From: Eledone cirrhosa
Lineage: Eukaryota
Direction: 5' to 3'
Assembly: GCA_964016885.1 (NCBI GenBank)
Contig: OZ024766.1
Coordinates: forward strand, 13,702,001-13,766,000
Length of the DNA: 64,000 nt
Shown here in pieces: positions 12,873 to 27,400 of the stretch. Within the stretch, counting starts at the first letter, position 1. Each line of letters opens with the position of its first letter. A program made the translations under genes and the position numbers. The notes under the pieces are model-generated. The model saw only the letters and a program-made list of their open reading frames with translations, was not told the DNA's origin and searched no databases.

Positions 12873-14268
12873 AGTACCCAGTCCACACTGTAAAGTTGTC
12901 ATGTTGGTGCCATGATAGTACCCAGTCCACACTGTAAAGTAGTCATGTTGGTGCCATGATAGTACCCAGTCCACACTGTAAAGTAGTCATGTTGGTGCCA
13001 TGATAGTACCCAGTCCACACTGTAAAGTAGTCATTTTGGTGCCATGATAGTGCCCAGTCCACACTGTAAAGCAGTCATGTTGGTGCCATGATAGTACCCA
13101 GTCCACACTGTAAAGTAGTCATGTTGGTGCCATGATAGTACCCAGTCCACACTGTAAAATAGTCATGTTGGTGCCATGATAGTACCCAGTCCACACTGTA
13201 AAGTAGTCATGTTGGTGCCATGATAGTGCCCAGTCCACACTGTAAAGCAGTCATGTTGGTGCCATGATAGTGCCCAGTCCACACTGTAAAGTAGTCATGT
13301 TGGTGCCATGATAGTGCCCAGTCCACACTGTAAAGCAGTCATGTTGGTGCCATGATAGTACCCAGTCCACACTGTAAAGTAGTCATGTTGGTGCCATGAT
13401 AGTGCCCAGTCCACACTGTAAAGCAGTCATGTTGGTGCCATGATAGTACCCAGTCCACACTGTAAAGTAGTCATGTTGGTGCCATGATAGTACCCAGTCC
13501 ACACTGTAAAGTAGTCATGTTGGTGTCATGATAGTGCCCAGTCCACACTGTAAAGCAGTCATGTTGGTGCCATGATAGTACCCAGTCCACACTGTAAAGT
13601 AGTCATGTTGGTGCCATGATAGTGCCCAGTCCACACTGTAAAGCAGTCATGTTGGTGCCATGATAGTACCCAGTCCACACTGTAAAGTAGTCATGTTGGT
13701 GCCATGATAGTACCCAGTCCACACTGTAAAGTTGTCATGTTGGTGCCATGATAGTACCCAGTCCACACTGTAAAGTAGTCATGTTGGTGCCATGATAGTA
13801 CCCAGTCCACACTGTAAAGTAGTCATGTTGGTGCCATGATAGTACCCAGTCCACACTGTAAAGTAGTCATGTTGGTGCCATGATAGTATCCAGTCCACAC
13901 TGTAAAGTTGTCATGTTGGTGCCATGATAGTACCCAGTCCACACTGTAAAGTAGTCATGTTGGTGCCATGATAGTACCCAGTCCACACTGTAAAGTAGTC
14001 ATGTTGGTGCCATGAGAGTACCCAGTCCACACTGTAAAGTTGTCATGTTGGTGCCATGAGAGTACCCAGTCCACACTGTAAAGTTGTCATTTTGGTGCCA
14101 TGATAGTACCCAGTCCACACTGTAAAGTTGTCATTTTGGTGACATGATAGTACCCAGTGCCCACTGTAAAGTAGTCATGTTGGTGCCATGATAGTACCCA
14201 GTCCACACTGTAAAGTAGTCATGTTGGTGCCATGATAGTACCCAGTCCACACTGTAAAGTAGTCATTT
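12873..14268. repeat. 44-bp minisatellite, ~32 copies, derived from the RTE 3'-UTR motif
   Basis: Unit AGTACCCAGTCCACACTGTAAAGTAGTCATGTTGGTGCCATGAT; the array runs directly into a retroposon tail. Confidence 0.95.
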
Positions 14269-14450
14269 TGCTGATACTGCAGAAAGCACCCAGTACACAC
14301 TGCAAATGTAGTTGGCGTTATGAAGGGCATCCACTCATGGAAACCAAGACACGGTCATCTGATCTGAATTGTCTCACAATAGGACAACTCATCTAACCCA
14401 TGCTAGCATGGAAAAATGGACGTTAAACAGTGATGATGATGATTATGATG
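14269..14450 (+). mobile_element. RTE-type 3' tail (solo 3' UTR / SINE tail)
   Basis: GTTGGCGTTATGAAGGGCATCCA...CCCATGCTAGCATGGAAAAATGGACGTTAAAC...(GAT)n. Confidence 0.85.
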
Positions 14451-14574
14451 TTGAAAGTCTACGGTGCTGAGACCACAAATCAAGAGAGTAGTTTATGTGA
14501 AGAAGTAGAGTGGGTATAGAGGAAGGTAAAAACATACCTGAGACATGAGTGTGTAACCTAGTAGTTAGTGACTT

Positions 14575-15040
14575 TATAGTTATGTCTAGAGGAACTCAGA
14601 GACAGAGGGCAACCTGGAGAAGAAGAATATGGAAGATAAAGGAGCCCTCAGCCAGTAACAAATTTAGAGATATTTTGTTTGACACTTTTCACAGTAAAGA
14701 AGAAGATATAGAGACTCAGAAGATAGAGGAGGTGTTGGTGTTATATATATGTATGCTCTGATGGATGAGCAGCATTAGGAAACTGAGGGAATAAGTTGCT
14801 ATAAGAGAAAGTAGATGTAGTGTGCTAGAGAGAAGACTACGTTGGTATGGACATGTGATGTGTATGAAAGATAGCAGCTGCATAAAGAAATGGAGAAAAA
14901 CTGATGTGGTTAGGACCATTGGAAGAGGCAGACCCAGGAAGACATGGGATGAGTGTGTGAAGACCTTAAAAGATCTCACAACAGAAATGACAAAGGACCA
15001 CAAGAGCTGGCACTATGTTATGATAGTGAAGACCTGGTCA
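14575..15040 (+). mobile_element. Deleted RTE remnant (post-EN piece joined to the C-terminal piece)
   Basis: RRIWKIKEP...FRDILFDTF matches 115-190; [12 protein letters not shown]...GRPRKTWDE follows. Confidence 0.75.
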
Positions 15041-16319
15041 ACAGCATACAGTGGCCTGACCTATCCCCTTATCTTCCCTCTCCCTAGCACACCCGAACAG
15101 GTATTTCTCACTACACCACCCCAACTCCTTATCTGCTGCCCCTTCAAAACCTCTAGAATCCCTCACAGTTCACAATCTAGTAGACACTCCCCTCACTGTT
15201 ATGTTCTCCATCCATGCCCCCTCCACTAGTACTCCCTAGCAGCTCCCCTCATCTCCACTAAATACCCTCACTCCATCCATGCCCCCTCCACTAGTACTCC
15301 CTAGCAGCTCTCCTCATCTCCACTAAGTACCCCCACTCCATCCATGCCACCTCCCTCTAGTATTTATCCCTTAGCTTCTGTCTCCCCCACTATAAACCCT
15401 TAGAACCCTTCACTATCACACCTTCGTAGCTACCATGCCCCCTTCCCTATCCCTCTGCTATTCTCTCCATCACTACACCTCCCCGTTTCTGACATCGCTG
15501 TTCTCATCTTCATGGAGAAAGACAGGAGACAGCTGAAGAGGACCCTTCAGTGGTGCCAAAGACAGGACAATGTTCCTAGTGTTGGTGATCTACAAGATAA
15601 ACACACCCACTACATGCTATAAAGTTGGTGCTAGGAAGGGTATCCAGCCATAGAAAGCTTGCCATACAAAGTGCTGGGAGGACCCTTCACTTGTGTTAAA
15701 GATATGAAAACCTCTCCTGTGCACTTGATAGTATGTGAGATCATACATAAGAGAGATAACAGACTCCTAACCATCCTGGAAGGTCAGCAGCCATGCATCA
15801 GTACTGACTTAGTCTATCTATACCCATCTATCCCTTACTAGCAAGGTAAGCAGACATTAAAACTATGATGATGATGATAATATATGTATATGTGTGTGTA
15901 GTGAAAGAAATGTTTTCCCACAGTCTTCTCTTATGGACATGGCCACCAAAAAGTGACTTGTGACCTCGCAGAGAAGACAACAGTTCAATTTTCTGGAGGC
16001 TAGGTTTACAGCACCATTCCTACAAAGGAGAACATATTCTGGGGCCATCTGTTATTTATCAAAAATAACTAGCTGTCATTATAAATAGGCTGTCCTGTGG
16101 TCCTAACTCAGTCATCTGCCTCTTCATATAAACACAGCTCCTTTGCCAGTTCTTACTACTACCTCAACTGGTACATACTGTCTGACTACAACTTGTCAAT
16201 TTTTAATCAAACATAGCATATTAAACAAAGATTCTCCAGTACAACACTATATTCATTTGTAAATATACAACACTATATTCATTTGTAAATACTACAATCA
16301 AACATTATATTTATGATAT

Positions 16320-16510
16320 GAGGGTGGGGAATTGGCAGTATCGGTAGAGGGTTGGACGCCATGCTTTCTAGCATAGTTACGACCCTTTACAGTCTCAGTT
16401 CAAATCCCACCGAGGTTAACTTTGCTTTTCATCCTTACGGGGGTCGATAAAATAAAGTACCAGTAATGTACTGGGAAATTGCTGGCCTTGTGCCTAAAGT
16501 AGAAACAATT
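16320..16510 (+). mobile_element. tRNA-derived SINE, family 1 (near full length)
   Basis: GGGTGGGGAATTGGCAGTATCGGTAGAG A-box, GTTCAAATCCC B-box, and the same body and tail as 12103. Confidence 0.85.
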
Positions 16511-16774
16511 ATATTTATGATTTGAAGTAATCAGATTTTTTTACCTTTTTGCTGAAGTGAAGTAAAATTATATCTAACCAGAATTATTGTTATTTGTCTT
16601 GTTTATCATCCTCTTTCATAACAACCACTAACTTCCCTTCATGTCTACACACAGCCACATGTCTAATTCTCTTAATTTAAAATGTTTAAAAGTGAGTTGG
16701 CTGCTATTTCTAGCACATCGAGTAACAAGTTAAGAGACTGCTTCGTTGATATGTAATAATTATTTTATTGGTGA

Positions 16775-17877
<1,103 letters not shown>

Positions 17878-18169
17878 ATACACATATATATATATTTGTA
17901 TGTATATATATGTGTGTGTGTATACAGAAATAATATATACACTACTTAATTATATATATATATACAACATATCAAAATAAATCAAATAAATTTAACAAAC
18001 GACTGAATTTACCAAAATAGAATATTTTATTTATTTATAATTTGGTGATAAACAAATATTTGGTAAAAGTAATTCTTCTTTTTCACGCTTTCTTTCCATC
18101 CTTTTTCCACACACACACACACACATTATATATGTATATATATACACACACACACAAGGGTATAAAGTG

Positions 18170-18397
18170 GTGGTGTAAAGTGATAGAGTTGCTGCCACAA
18201 TAAAATACACCTTGTTCACTCTGTAAAGTAGTCATGAGGGTTCCACAATAAAATGCACCCTGTCCACTCTGTAAAGTGGTTGTCATTGAAAACATCATCC
18301 AGCAATGTCTGGTCTTGTTCCATGACAACACAACCCATCCAGTTAATGCTAGAATGGAACACAGATATAAGATGATGATGATGATGATGATGATGAT
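18170..18397 (+). mobile_element. RTE-type 3' tail ending in (GAT)n, antisense to and abutting the host stop codon
   Basis: CACCCTGTCCACTCTGTAAAGTGGTTG...AATGCTAGAATGGAACACAGATATAAGATGATGATG. Confidence 0.7.
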
Positions 18398-18402
18398 AGA
18401 GA

Positions 18403-18608
18403 CTAGTTTTTCTCTGAATCTAGACAACCAAGAGCCTCAAAACAATCTGCTGTCTTTAGAGCCTCTTTCAGAGTGGCTATGGTGCATTCTTCTGGCTCAC
18501 ATTTTTCACCCCATCTGCGTAACATATGAAAAGCCTGTTTCACAACACTCTTAGGATTGTCATGCTCTATTTTGTCAAGTTCAATAGATGGAACCTCTAA
18601 TTGAATAC
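18403..18608 (-). CDS. Ankyrin-repeat + death-domain protein, coding exon 6 (death domain C-terminal part, stop TAG)
   Basis: Acceptor ttttacAG, phase 1. Reads GIQLEVPSIELDKIEHDNPKSVVKQAFHMLRRWGEKCEPEECTIATLKEALKTADCFEALGCLDSEKN*, a typical death-domain pattern (I..DNP....QA..ML..W......T...L..AL). Confidence 0.85.
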
Positions 18609-18964
18609 CTGTAAAATATAAAACAATAAGAAACCAATACTACAACAACAATAACAACATTAAACAGATTAGTTATATAAAATATGTATACCACAGGTTG
18701 TTGTAAATAACAAAGTAACTAGCTGTAGAGTAATAGAAATAATTAACATAAAAATTCTAAAATATTGTTCTATGTTTCCAAGGTTACCGACAAAAATAAA
18801 GAAGTTGAAGTGAGGAGAAGAAAGAAGAACAAGATTAAAGAAAATAGACTTGAGAAATTTATGGCAAAGAAATGGCAGAAGTTTTTGTATTGTCAGAACT
18901 GGTGAAATAGTCAGGGTTCTGCCTAAAATCTACCAAGACATAAATGACAAGTGACAAATATTTC

Positions 18965-20303
18965 CTCATCATCATCATCATCATTTTACATCCTCTTTTC
19001 ACTGCTTGCAAGGGTGGGATGGGTCCTATTCATCATCTCTCCATTTGACATGGTCCTTTGTCATCTACTCTGTGAGCTTCAGCGATCTGAGGTCTGCTCT
19101 CACCACCTCTCCCCATATTTTTTGTGGTCTTCATCTACTGCGTCTTCCTTCCACTGGGATTTCTTGGCACTTCATTACTCAGCAGTCACCCGCCATGCAT
19201 ATCACACATCCATACCAACACATTCTTCTCTCCTGCACGCTACATCTTATCCCTCTTATACAGTTTTTCTCTCAACTCGTCTATGCTGGGTCATTCACAC
19301 ACATTGACATTGCACATCCAACGGAGCATGCTTGTTTCATTTCTCTCCGGCCGTCACATTTCCTCTGCAGTTGCTGCCCATTTCTCACTACCATGCAGCA
19401 TCACACATCTCACACAGCCATCATATAACCGGCCTTTCGTCTGTAGGGAGAAACCCTTCATTGTCAGCAGAGGAAGCAGCTCCCTAAACTTCTTCCAACC
19501 CGTCCTTATTCTAGATACTACGGCCTCAGAACACCCTCCTCCCTTACTAATCTGATCACCTAGGTATCAGAAGCTATCAACTACCTCTATAGATCCTACC
19601 TGCATTTGAAAAATGTGTCTATCACTGCAATCTCTGTCAAATTTCCCTGTACATCTACTGCATACGTATTTCTCCCTACCTGTCAGTTTTCCTGCTATCC
19701 CACTACATCCCTTGTGTACCCAAGATCTGCATTGCGTACATTTTATAGAATTTATGCCAACTCCTTTTCTACATATCGAACATGGCCCTTTCCCTGATGG
19801 AATCAGAGTTTTGTTCTCTCTTCTACTTATAAACACATTTGTCTTAGCTAGGTTCCCTCTCAGTCTTCTTGATTCCAACTACTGTTTCCATAGCCAGAAT
19901 TTATTCTCTAGCTCCTCTACTGATTCTGCTATAAGAACCAGATCATCAGCATAGAGAAGTTCCCATGGACAGCAAGTCTTAAACTCCTCTGTTATGGCTT
20001 GGAGGACTATAATGAACAAGAGCGGACTGAGGACCGAACCCTGATGTACACCTACACATATCTGGAATTCCTTACTAAACTCCATTCCTACTCTCACTTT
20101 ACTGACAGCACCCCTGTACATAACTTGGACTGTCCTCACAAGCCATTCCCCTACACCTAGTTTCCTTAAGGACCACCAGATGACAGATCGGGGTTCTCTA
20201 TCAAAGGCCTTCTCTAGGTCAACAAAAGCTAAGTATAGTGGCTTATTCTTCTCTAAGAACCTCTCTTCTAGTTGTCTCACTAAGAAGAGGGCATCCTTGC
20301 TGC
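18965..20303 (-). mobile_element. 5'-truncated RTE LINE (family B) in intron 5
   Basis: DALFLVRQLEERFLEKNKPLYLAFVDLEKAFDR...LLYADD, PHD-like finger, and (GAT)n tail at 18966-18983. Confidence 0.9.
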
Positions 20304-20934
20304 TAAATTTAATGGACATGTTGAGTAGCACGAAGATGACTCTTTTGGAGTACATGATGGCTAGAGGTATGGCTTGAGGGATCAAGACTCCTACAGTTCT
20401 GTGATGTAAATGACTTCAAGATATCAGCCAGTCATTTGATCAGGTAGACATACAAGCTAGATTAACTTTATTCTCATCAGAAAACAAATAGACAGATGGT
20501 TGTGAATATTAAATCTGTTTCCAGAGAAGGAAGCGTTTGGTAGAGAGTGTGGACAAAGGAAGACCATAACCTTAACAATAAGACTACACCATCTCATAAG
20601 ACAAAGATGACTGAAGAACGAAAGAGTAACAATCTCTAGGAATAATGTAGGGTGGTCACACCTGGAACACCCTCCATTATAAATCTGCAGATCATGGCAG
20701 AACCGAGACTAAATAACAATAACAACCTATCTGTAAATTTAATATGTTTCAATAAAAACAAACAAAAACATTCCCATTAACTCACATGTTTACCCCAATA
20801 CACCAACAGATTTTTATTCCCTGTTTTAGAAGACAATATTAGTTATATTGTGTCTTCTAATTTATTCATTTTTACCAATTCAGTTAAAAGTAAACTTTAT
20901 AGAAATCAACAAGATACTGTAATCTTATACTCAC

Positions 20935-21006
20935 CAACTGCATACCAATTTTCCACTAACAGTCCTGCTACCTTCCACAGGACTTTCTCATTCGGCTTTT
21001 GAGACC
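20935..21006 (-). CDS. Ankyrin-repeat + death-domain protein, coding exon 5 (death domain start)
   Basis: Acceptor tttttcAG, donor GTGAGT, phase 1/1. Reads RSQKPNEKVLWKVAGLLVENWYAVG. Confidence 0.85.
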
Positions 21007-21984
21007 CTGAAAAAATATTTCCAAGTTTTTTCATTTTACTGTAAAGATTTTCTATTCCTGTTTATAATCTATATTTTATATTTTCAGACATTCCTATAAT
21101 GAGAAGTCAACTAGTGATCACAATGGCTTTAGTCAATATTTTCTCTTCTTGTTATATTAGGTTATCTGAGTATTTAGACCCACAACAAAATATATTAAAC
21201 TTTATAAATATTTTCTATCTATAAAAACATCTTATATATTCTAACAATGCTGTAATTATCTCATTCCACTATCAGTTGATTATACATTTGTTTTTCTCAT
21301 AGCTTTGTCTTTCACTTATGCCAAATCTACAATATAGCAACACTGTCCTCTCCTCTCTGCATTTTACTAATAAATATTCTGTTTATTTTCTTCTTAATTC
21401 TAATATCAGCCAAGTTGGTTATCAAAGACCTAACAACAAATTCATGATAGCCGACATGAAATAGGAGTAGATACACCTGCTTTCCTTGAGAAAGGTTGAT
21501 GTTGGCCATCTTTAGTTTAAACTGACCACATCTGTGTTCACCAGAATGTCATCTGATTCATGTAATATTTACAAATATTTACATGTCATGTGTCCTCCAT
21601 AATGATACAGGATCTTATCGGTGAGCACTGATTATTCTATACAGGTGAGAAGGAAAGTGATAACAGGTGTCCTAAAACACTGTACACTTACACAAATCCT
21701 CATTAGCTCCCTTTAACAAGTCATCTCTACATTAATGCAGTGAAAATATCTGAAAAGGATCCATGAAATGACCCCAACATTATAAATTATCTCCTACTGA
21801 CCCCTTATATAAATAAATCATAGTTTCTCAAATCTTTGCTGACCTCTCCATCAATACAGTGGACATCAGTAGCGGGAGAAGCCAACTACCTGAAAATTTG
21901 AGGAAGTAGAAGTTACACCTGTCTTTTAGACATCTGTCAGTTCTAACATTGAGTATTCCAATTGTTTGAATAACAGAACAGTTT

Positions 21985-22450
21985 GCTCATGTAATTAAGG
22001 TGCAAATGGCTGAGTATTCCATAGACATGTACACCCATAGCGTAATTCTCAGGGAGAATCAGTATGGCACAGTGTATGACAAAGCTGGTCCTTTTAATTA
22101 CAGGTACAGTCCATCTTGTATTATAGTGAGAGTGGCTGAGTATTCCACAGACATATGTTCTCTTAACGTGATTCTAAGGGAGATTCAGTGATATGTTGTA
22201 TGTGATATAGCTGGCCCATTGAATTACAGTAACAATAACGGTCACTATTATTATAATTCTCAGGGAGATTCAGCATAACAAAGTATGAAACAAAGCTGGT
22301 CTTTTGAATTACAAATACAACTCATTTTCCCATCTAAGTAGACTGAAGTAACATGAAATAAAGTGTCTTGCTCAAAGATACAATATGTTCCTGGGAATTG
22401 AACTCAGAACCTTATGATCATGAGACAAACACACTAACCACTAAGTCATG
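21985..22450 (-). mobile_element. tRNA-derived SINE family 2 with tandemly repeated 3' part
   Basis: Reverse complement has TGACTTAGTGGTTAG A-box, GAGTTCAATTCCC B-box and TTGAGCAAGACACTTTATTTC. AGGGAGATTCAG-like body segments recur about three times. Confidence 0.7.
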
Positions 22451-22489
22451 AATGGAAATATACTGACAGATTATCAAATAATTACTTAC

Positions 22490-22722
22490 TAAATTCATCC
22501 ACCGTACATACATTCATTCCACACTGTGGACAATGTTCAATTGTGGAACAACATTTTTGACATGGAGTGGATGTATTGGTGGCTTTATTAATCTGACATG
22601 GAGTGGATTTATTGGTGGCTTTATTAATCTGACATGGAGTGGATGTATTGGTGGCTTTATTAATCTGACATGGAGTGGATGTATTGGTGGCTTTATTAAC
22701 CTTACATGGGGGACATACAGAT
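22490..22722 (-). CDS. Ankyrin-repeat + death-domain protein, coding exon 4 (Cys/Thr-rich linker with 12-aa repeat)
   Basis: Acceptor ctttattttcttttacAG, donor GTAAGT; phase 2 in and phase 1 out match both neighbouring exons. Reads SVCPPCKV(NKATNTSTPCQI)x~4...CCSTIEHCPQCGMNVCTVDEF. Confidence 0.75.
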
Positions 22723-23129
22723 CTGTAAAAGAAAATAAAGATACAACTCACCAACAACATTAATTTACACCAAATATTACATTGTATACAAGTTTACAGA
22801 GAAGGGTACAACAACCTCTCTAGTATTGGTGACATGATAAAATACAACCAGTACACTCTGTAATGTGGTTGCTAATAGGAAGGGCTTCCTGTCATACAAA
22901 ACTTTCCAAACAAAGGATAGAAAGGATTCTGTAGTGGTTTCAAAGACATGACAACATCCCTAGTGCTGGTGCCATGATTAAATCAGCAGTGCCTTTCATG
23001 ATGATGATGATGATGATGATGATTTATAATAAAAGGTGGGATTTGAACTCAGAACGTTCAGGGCCATAACTCTATGCTGCAAAGCATGGTGTGTGACGCT
23101 CTACTGATACTGCCAATCCATAATCAATA

Positions 23130-23440
23130 ATAATAATGAAAATTATTGTGTACAATGCTCAGGTGCACTACAACTCATCAAAGGTTCATGTATTGTACAT
23201 AGAGTAATGTAGAAATATCAGGAAAGTGAACAGTGATTGAGTCAAGATACACACACACATGCGTGCATGTATGGAGGTGAGGATATCAGGTGTAGTGTTG
23301 GAGAATTTCAGGAAGGATGGAGGTGTTAAAGGATGCAGTGTCCTGACAGCTAACAACTGATGCAGGTAGTTGGTTCCATGCTTCAGTAACTCTGAGCATG
23401 AAAAGATGTTTCTGAAAGTCATGGGGTCTGTACTGTTTTC
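23130..23440 (-). mobile_element. CR1-type LINE 3' fragment
   Basis: Reverse complement matches 38020-38160 (HDFQKHLF..RVTEAWNQLPASVVSC), followed by a 3' UTR ending (ATT)n. Confidence 0.75.
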
Positions 23441-24154
23441 CTGCTATTTCTTGGCTTAAAGCAGAAATCAGTTGTCAAACTTCCACAACTTCTGTATTGA
23501 GGGTCTATTTTTGTTGTTGTTGTTGATGTTCTTCAACAGGAATGGTAGGGGAAGACATGGTAGTTGGTTTGTGTTGTTGTTCAACAGCAATGGTATAGGA
23601 AGACACACAGGCCAGGGACTGAAAGGACCAATTTGGTAGCTGCACCTTTTCCTAGAATCCATCCATCATCGAAATAGGGTGTCTCTTTTTTTTACCTGGG
23701 ATCTTTGGAATGTTTATGGCACATTGACGACAGAGAGAAACGTGACATTTACCACATTGAATCTATTTTGGAAATAGTTCTTGGGTTCGGTACATAGATG
23801 ACAGACGTGATTTTCCTGGCAATCTTCTATTTTGGGACAGTGAACAGTTTTATTACACACCCCTCATCTATGGATGTCACCATAGCAATTATGTTCTGTC
23901 TGTCCATCCATACAATACAACAATAGGTAAACAAATAGATATGTCTAAGTATAACACACTTGTTAAGGAGATCAATAAAATATATTTTCTTTCTGTTTTC
24001 CTATTCTACGTGTGTGTGTATATAAAAAGATCTACACATGTATATATAATTAAGAGATGTATATAGGCTAGAAATGAAGTCTATGTCCAGTGTTTATAAT
24101 GTAGGTACGATAGTTACTATAGTTTCTCACACACGAAACAGGATTTCCTTGCAC

Positions 24155-24382
24155 TATGTGTGTATATATATGTGTGTGTGTATGTATATATATATGTGTG
24201 TGTGTATGTATATATATATGTGTGTGTATGTATATAGATATGTGTGTATATATATATAGGTGTGTGTGTGTATATATATATATATATGTGTGTGTATGTA
24301 TATATATATGTGTGTGTGTGTGTGTATATATATATGTGTGTGTGTGTGTGTGTATCTACATATATATGTGTGTGTATCTAGG

Positions 24383-24417
<35 letters not shown>

Positions 24418-27400
24418 ATCTACATATATATGTGTGTATCTAGGTATATATATGTGTGTGTGTGTGTGTGTGTATCTACATATATGTGTGTGTGTGTGTG
24501 TCTACATATATATATATATATGTGTGTATATACATATATATATATATATATGTACAGACACACACACACACATATATATATACCTAGATACACACACACA
24601 CACACACACATATATCTACATATATACATATATGTGTGTGTGTGTGTGTATCTACATATATGTGTGTGTGTGTGTGTATCTACATATATATACATACATA
24701 TGTGTGTGTGTGTGTGTGTATCTACATATGTGTGTGTGTGTGTGTATCTACATATATATACATACATATGTGTGTCTGTGTATCTACATACATATATGTG
24801 TGTGTGTGTGTATCTACATATGTGTGTGTGTGTGTGTATCTACATATGTGTGTGTGTGTATCTACATGTGTGTGTGTATCCACATGTGTGTGTATCTACA
24901 TATGTGTGTGTGTGTATCTACATGTGTGTGTGTGTCTACATATGTGTGTGTGTGTGTATCTACATATGTGTGTGTGTATCTACATATATATATGTGTGTG
25001 TGTGTGTGTGTGTATCTACATATGTGTGTGTGTGTGTGTGTGTATGTGTGTGTATCTACACATATGTGTGTGTGTATATCTACATATATATGTGTGTGTG
25101 TGTGTGTGTGTATATCTACATATATGTGTGTGTGTATCTACATATATATGTGTGAGTGTGTATCTACATATGTGTGTGTGTGTATCTACATATATGTGTG
25201 TGTGTGTATCTACATATATGTGTATGTGTGTATCTACATATATATGTGTGTGTGTGTATCTACATATATGTGTGTGTGTGTATCTACATGTATGTGTGTG
25301 TGTGTGTATCTACATATATGTGTGTGTGTGTATATCTACATATATATGTGTGTGTGCGTGTATCTACATATATGTGTGTGTGTATCTACATATATATGTG
25401 TGTGTGTGTATCTACATATGTGTGTGTGTATCTACATATATGTGTGTGTGTATCTACATATATGTGTGTGTATCTACATATATATGTGTGTGTGTGTATC
25501 TACATATATGTGTGTGTGTGTCTCTTCATGTATGTGTGTGTGTGTGTATCTACATATATGTGTGTGTGTGTATACCTACATATATATGTGTGTGTGTGTG
25601 TATCTACATATGTGTGTGTGTGTATATCTACATATATATGTGTGTGTGTATCTACATATATGTGTGTGTGTGTATATCTACATATATATGTGTGTGTGTG
25701 TATCTACATATGTGTGTGTATCTACATATGTGTGTATGTGTATCTACATATATATGTGTGTGTGTATCTACATATATATGTGTGTGTGTCTACATATATG
25801 TGTGTGTGTGTGTGTTTGTATCTACATATATGTGTGTGTGTGTATCTACATATGTGTGTGTGTGTGTATCTACATATATATGTGTGTGTGTGTATATCTA
25901 CATATATATGTGTGTGTGTGTATCTACATATATATATGTGTGTGTGTGTGTATCTACATATATATATGTGTATATGTGTGTGTATCTACATATATGTGTG
26001 TGTGTGTATCTACATATATGTGTGTATGTGTATCTACATATATGTGTGTGTGTGTGTGTATCTACATATGTGTGTGTGTGTGTGTGTATGTGTGTGTATC
26101 TACATATGTGTGTGTGTATCTACACATGTGTGTGTGTGTATATCTACATATATATGTGTGTGTGTGTGTGTGTGTGTATATCTACATACATATGTGTGTG
26201 TGTATATCTACATATATATATGTGTGTGTGTGTATCTACATGTGTGTGTGTGTGTGTATCTACACACGTGTGTGTGTGTGTATCTACATGTGTGTGTGTG
26301 TGTGTATCTACATATATGTGTGTGTGTATGTATATCTACATATATGTGTGTGTGTGTGTGTGTATCTACATATATATGTGTGTGTGTGTGTATCTACATA
26401 TATATGTGTGTGTGTGTATATCTACATATATGTGTGTATGTGTATCTACATATATGTGTGTGTGTATCTACATATATATATGTGTGTATGTGTGTGTATC
26501 TACATATATATGTGTGTGTGTGTATCTACATATGTGTGTGTGTATATCTACATATATATGTTTGTGTGTGTGTATATCTACATATGTGTGTCTGTGTGTG
26601 TATGTGTGTATATCTATATATATGTGTGTGTGTATCTACATATGTGTGTGTGTGTATCTACATATATGTGTGTATGTGTATCTACATATATGTGTGTGTG
26701 TGTGTGTATCTACATATGTGTGTGTGTATGTGTATCTACATATGTGTGTGTGTGTGTATCTACACATATGTGTGTGTGTGTATATCTACATATATATATG
26801 TGTGTGTGTGTATCTACATATATGTGTGTGTGTGTGTGTATCTACATATATGTATGTGTGTGTATCTACATATGTGTGTGTGTGTGTGTGTATCTACATA
26901 TATGTGTGTGTGTATATCTACATATATGTGTGTGTGTGTGTATCTACATATGTGTGTGTGTGTGTATCTACATATGTGTGTGTGTGTGTATCTACACATA
27001 TGTGTGTGTGTATCTATATATATATGTGTGTATGTGTGTATATCTACATATATGTGTGTGTGTGTGTGTATCTACATATGTGTGTGTGTGTGTGTGTATC
27101 TACATATATGTGTGTGTGTATATCTACATATGTGTGTGTGTGTGTATATCTACATATATGTGTGTGTGTGTGTGTATCTACATATATATGTGTGTGTGTA
27201 TCTACATATGTGTGTGTGTGTGTGTGTGTGTATCTACATATATGTGTGTATGTGTGTGTGTATCTACATATATACATATATGTATGTGTGTGTGTGTGTA
27301 TCTACATATATGTGTGTGTGTGTGTATATCTACATATATGTGTGTGTGTGTGTGTGTGTATCTACATATATGTGTGTGTGTGTGTGTATCTACATATGGG

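Noticed and set aside
12873-14268. CRISPR-like regular repeats (also 42361-43008 and 63354-63910)
   Set aside because: Head-to-tail units without unique spacers, no cas genes, eukaryotic context.
20605-20635. CTGAAGA-AC-GAAA hammerhead-like string (also CTGATGAAAC at 7622)
   Set aside because: No room for helix II and no helix I or III pairing; chance match.
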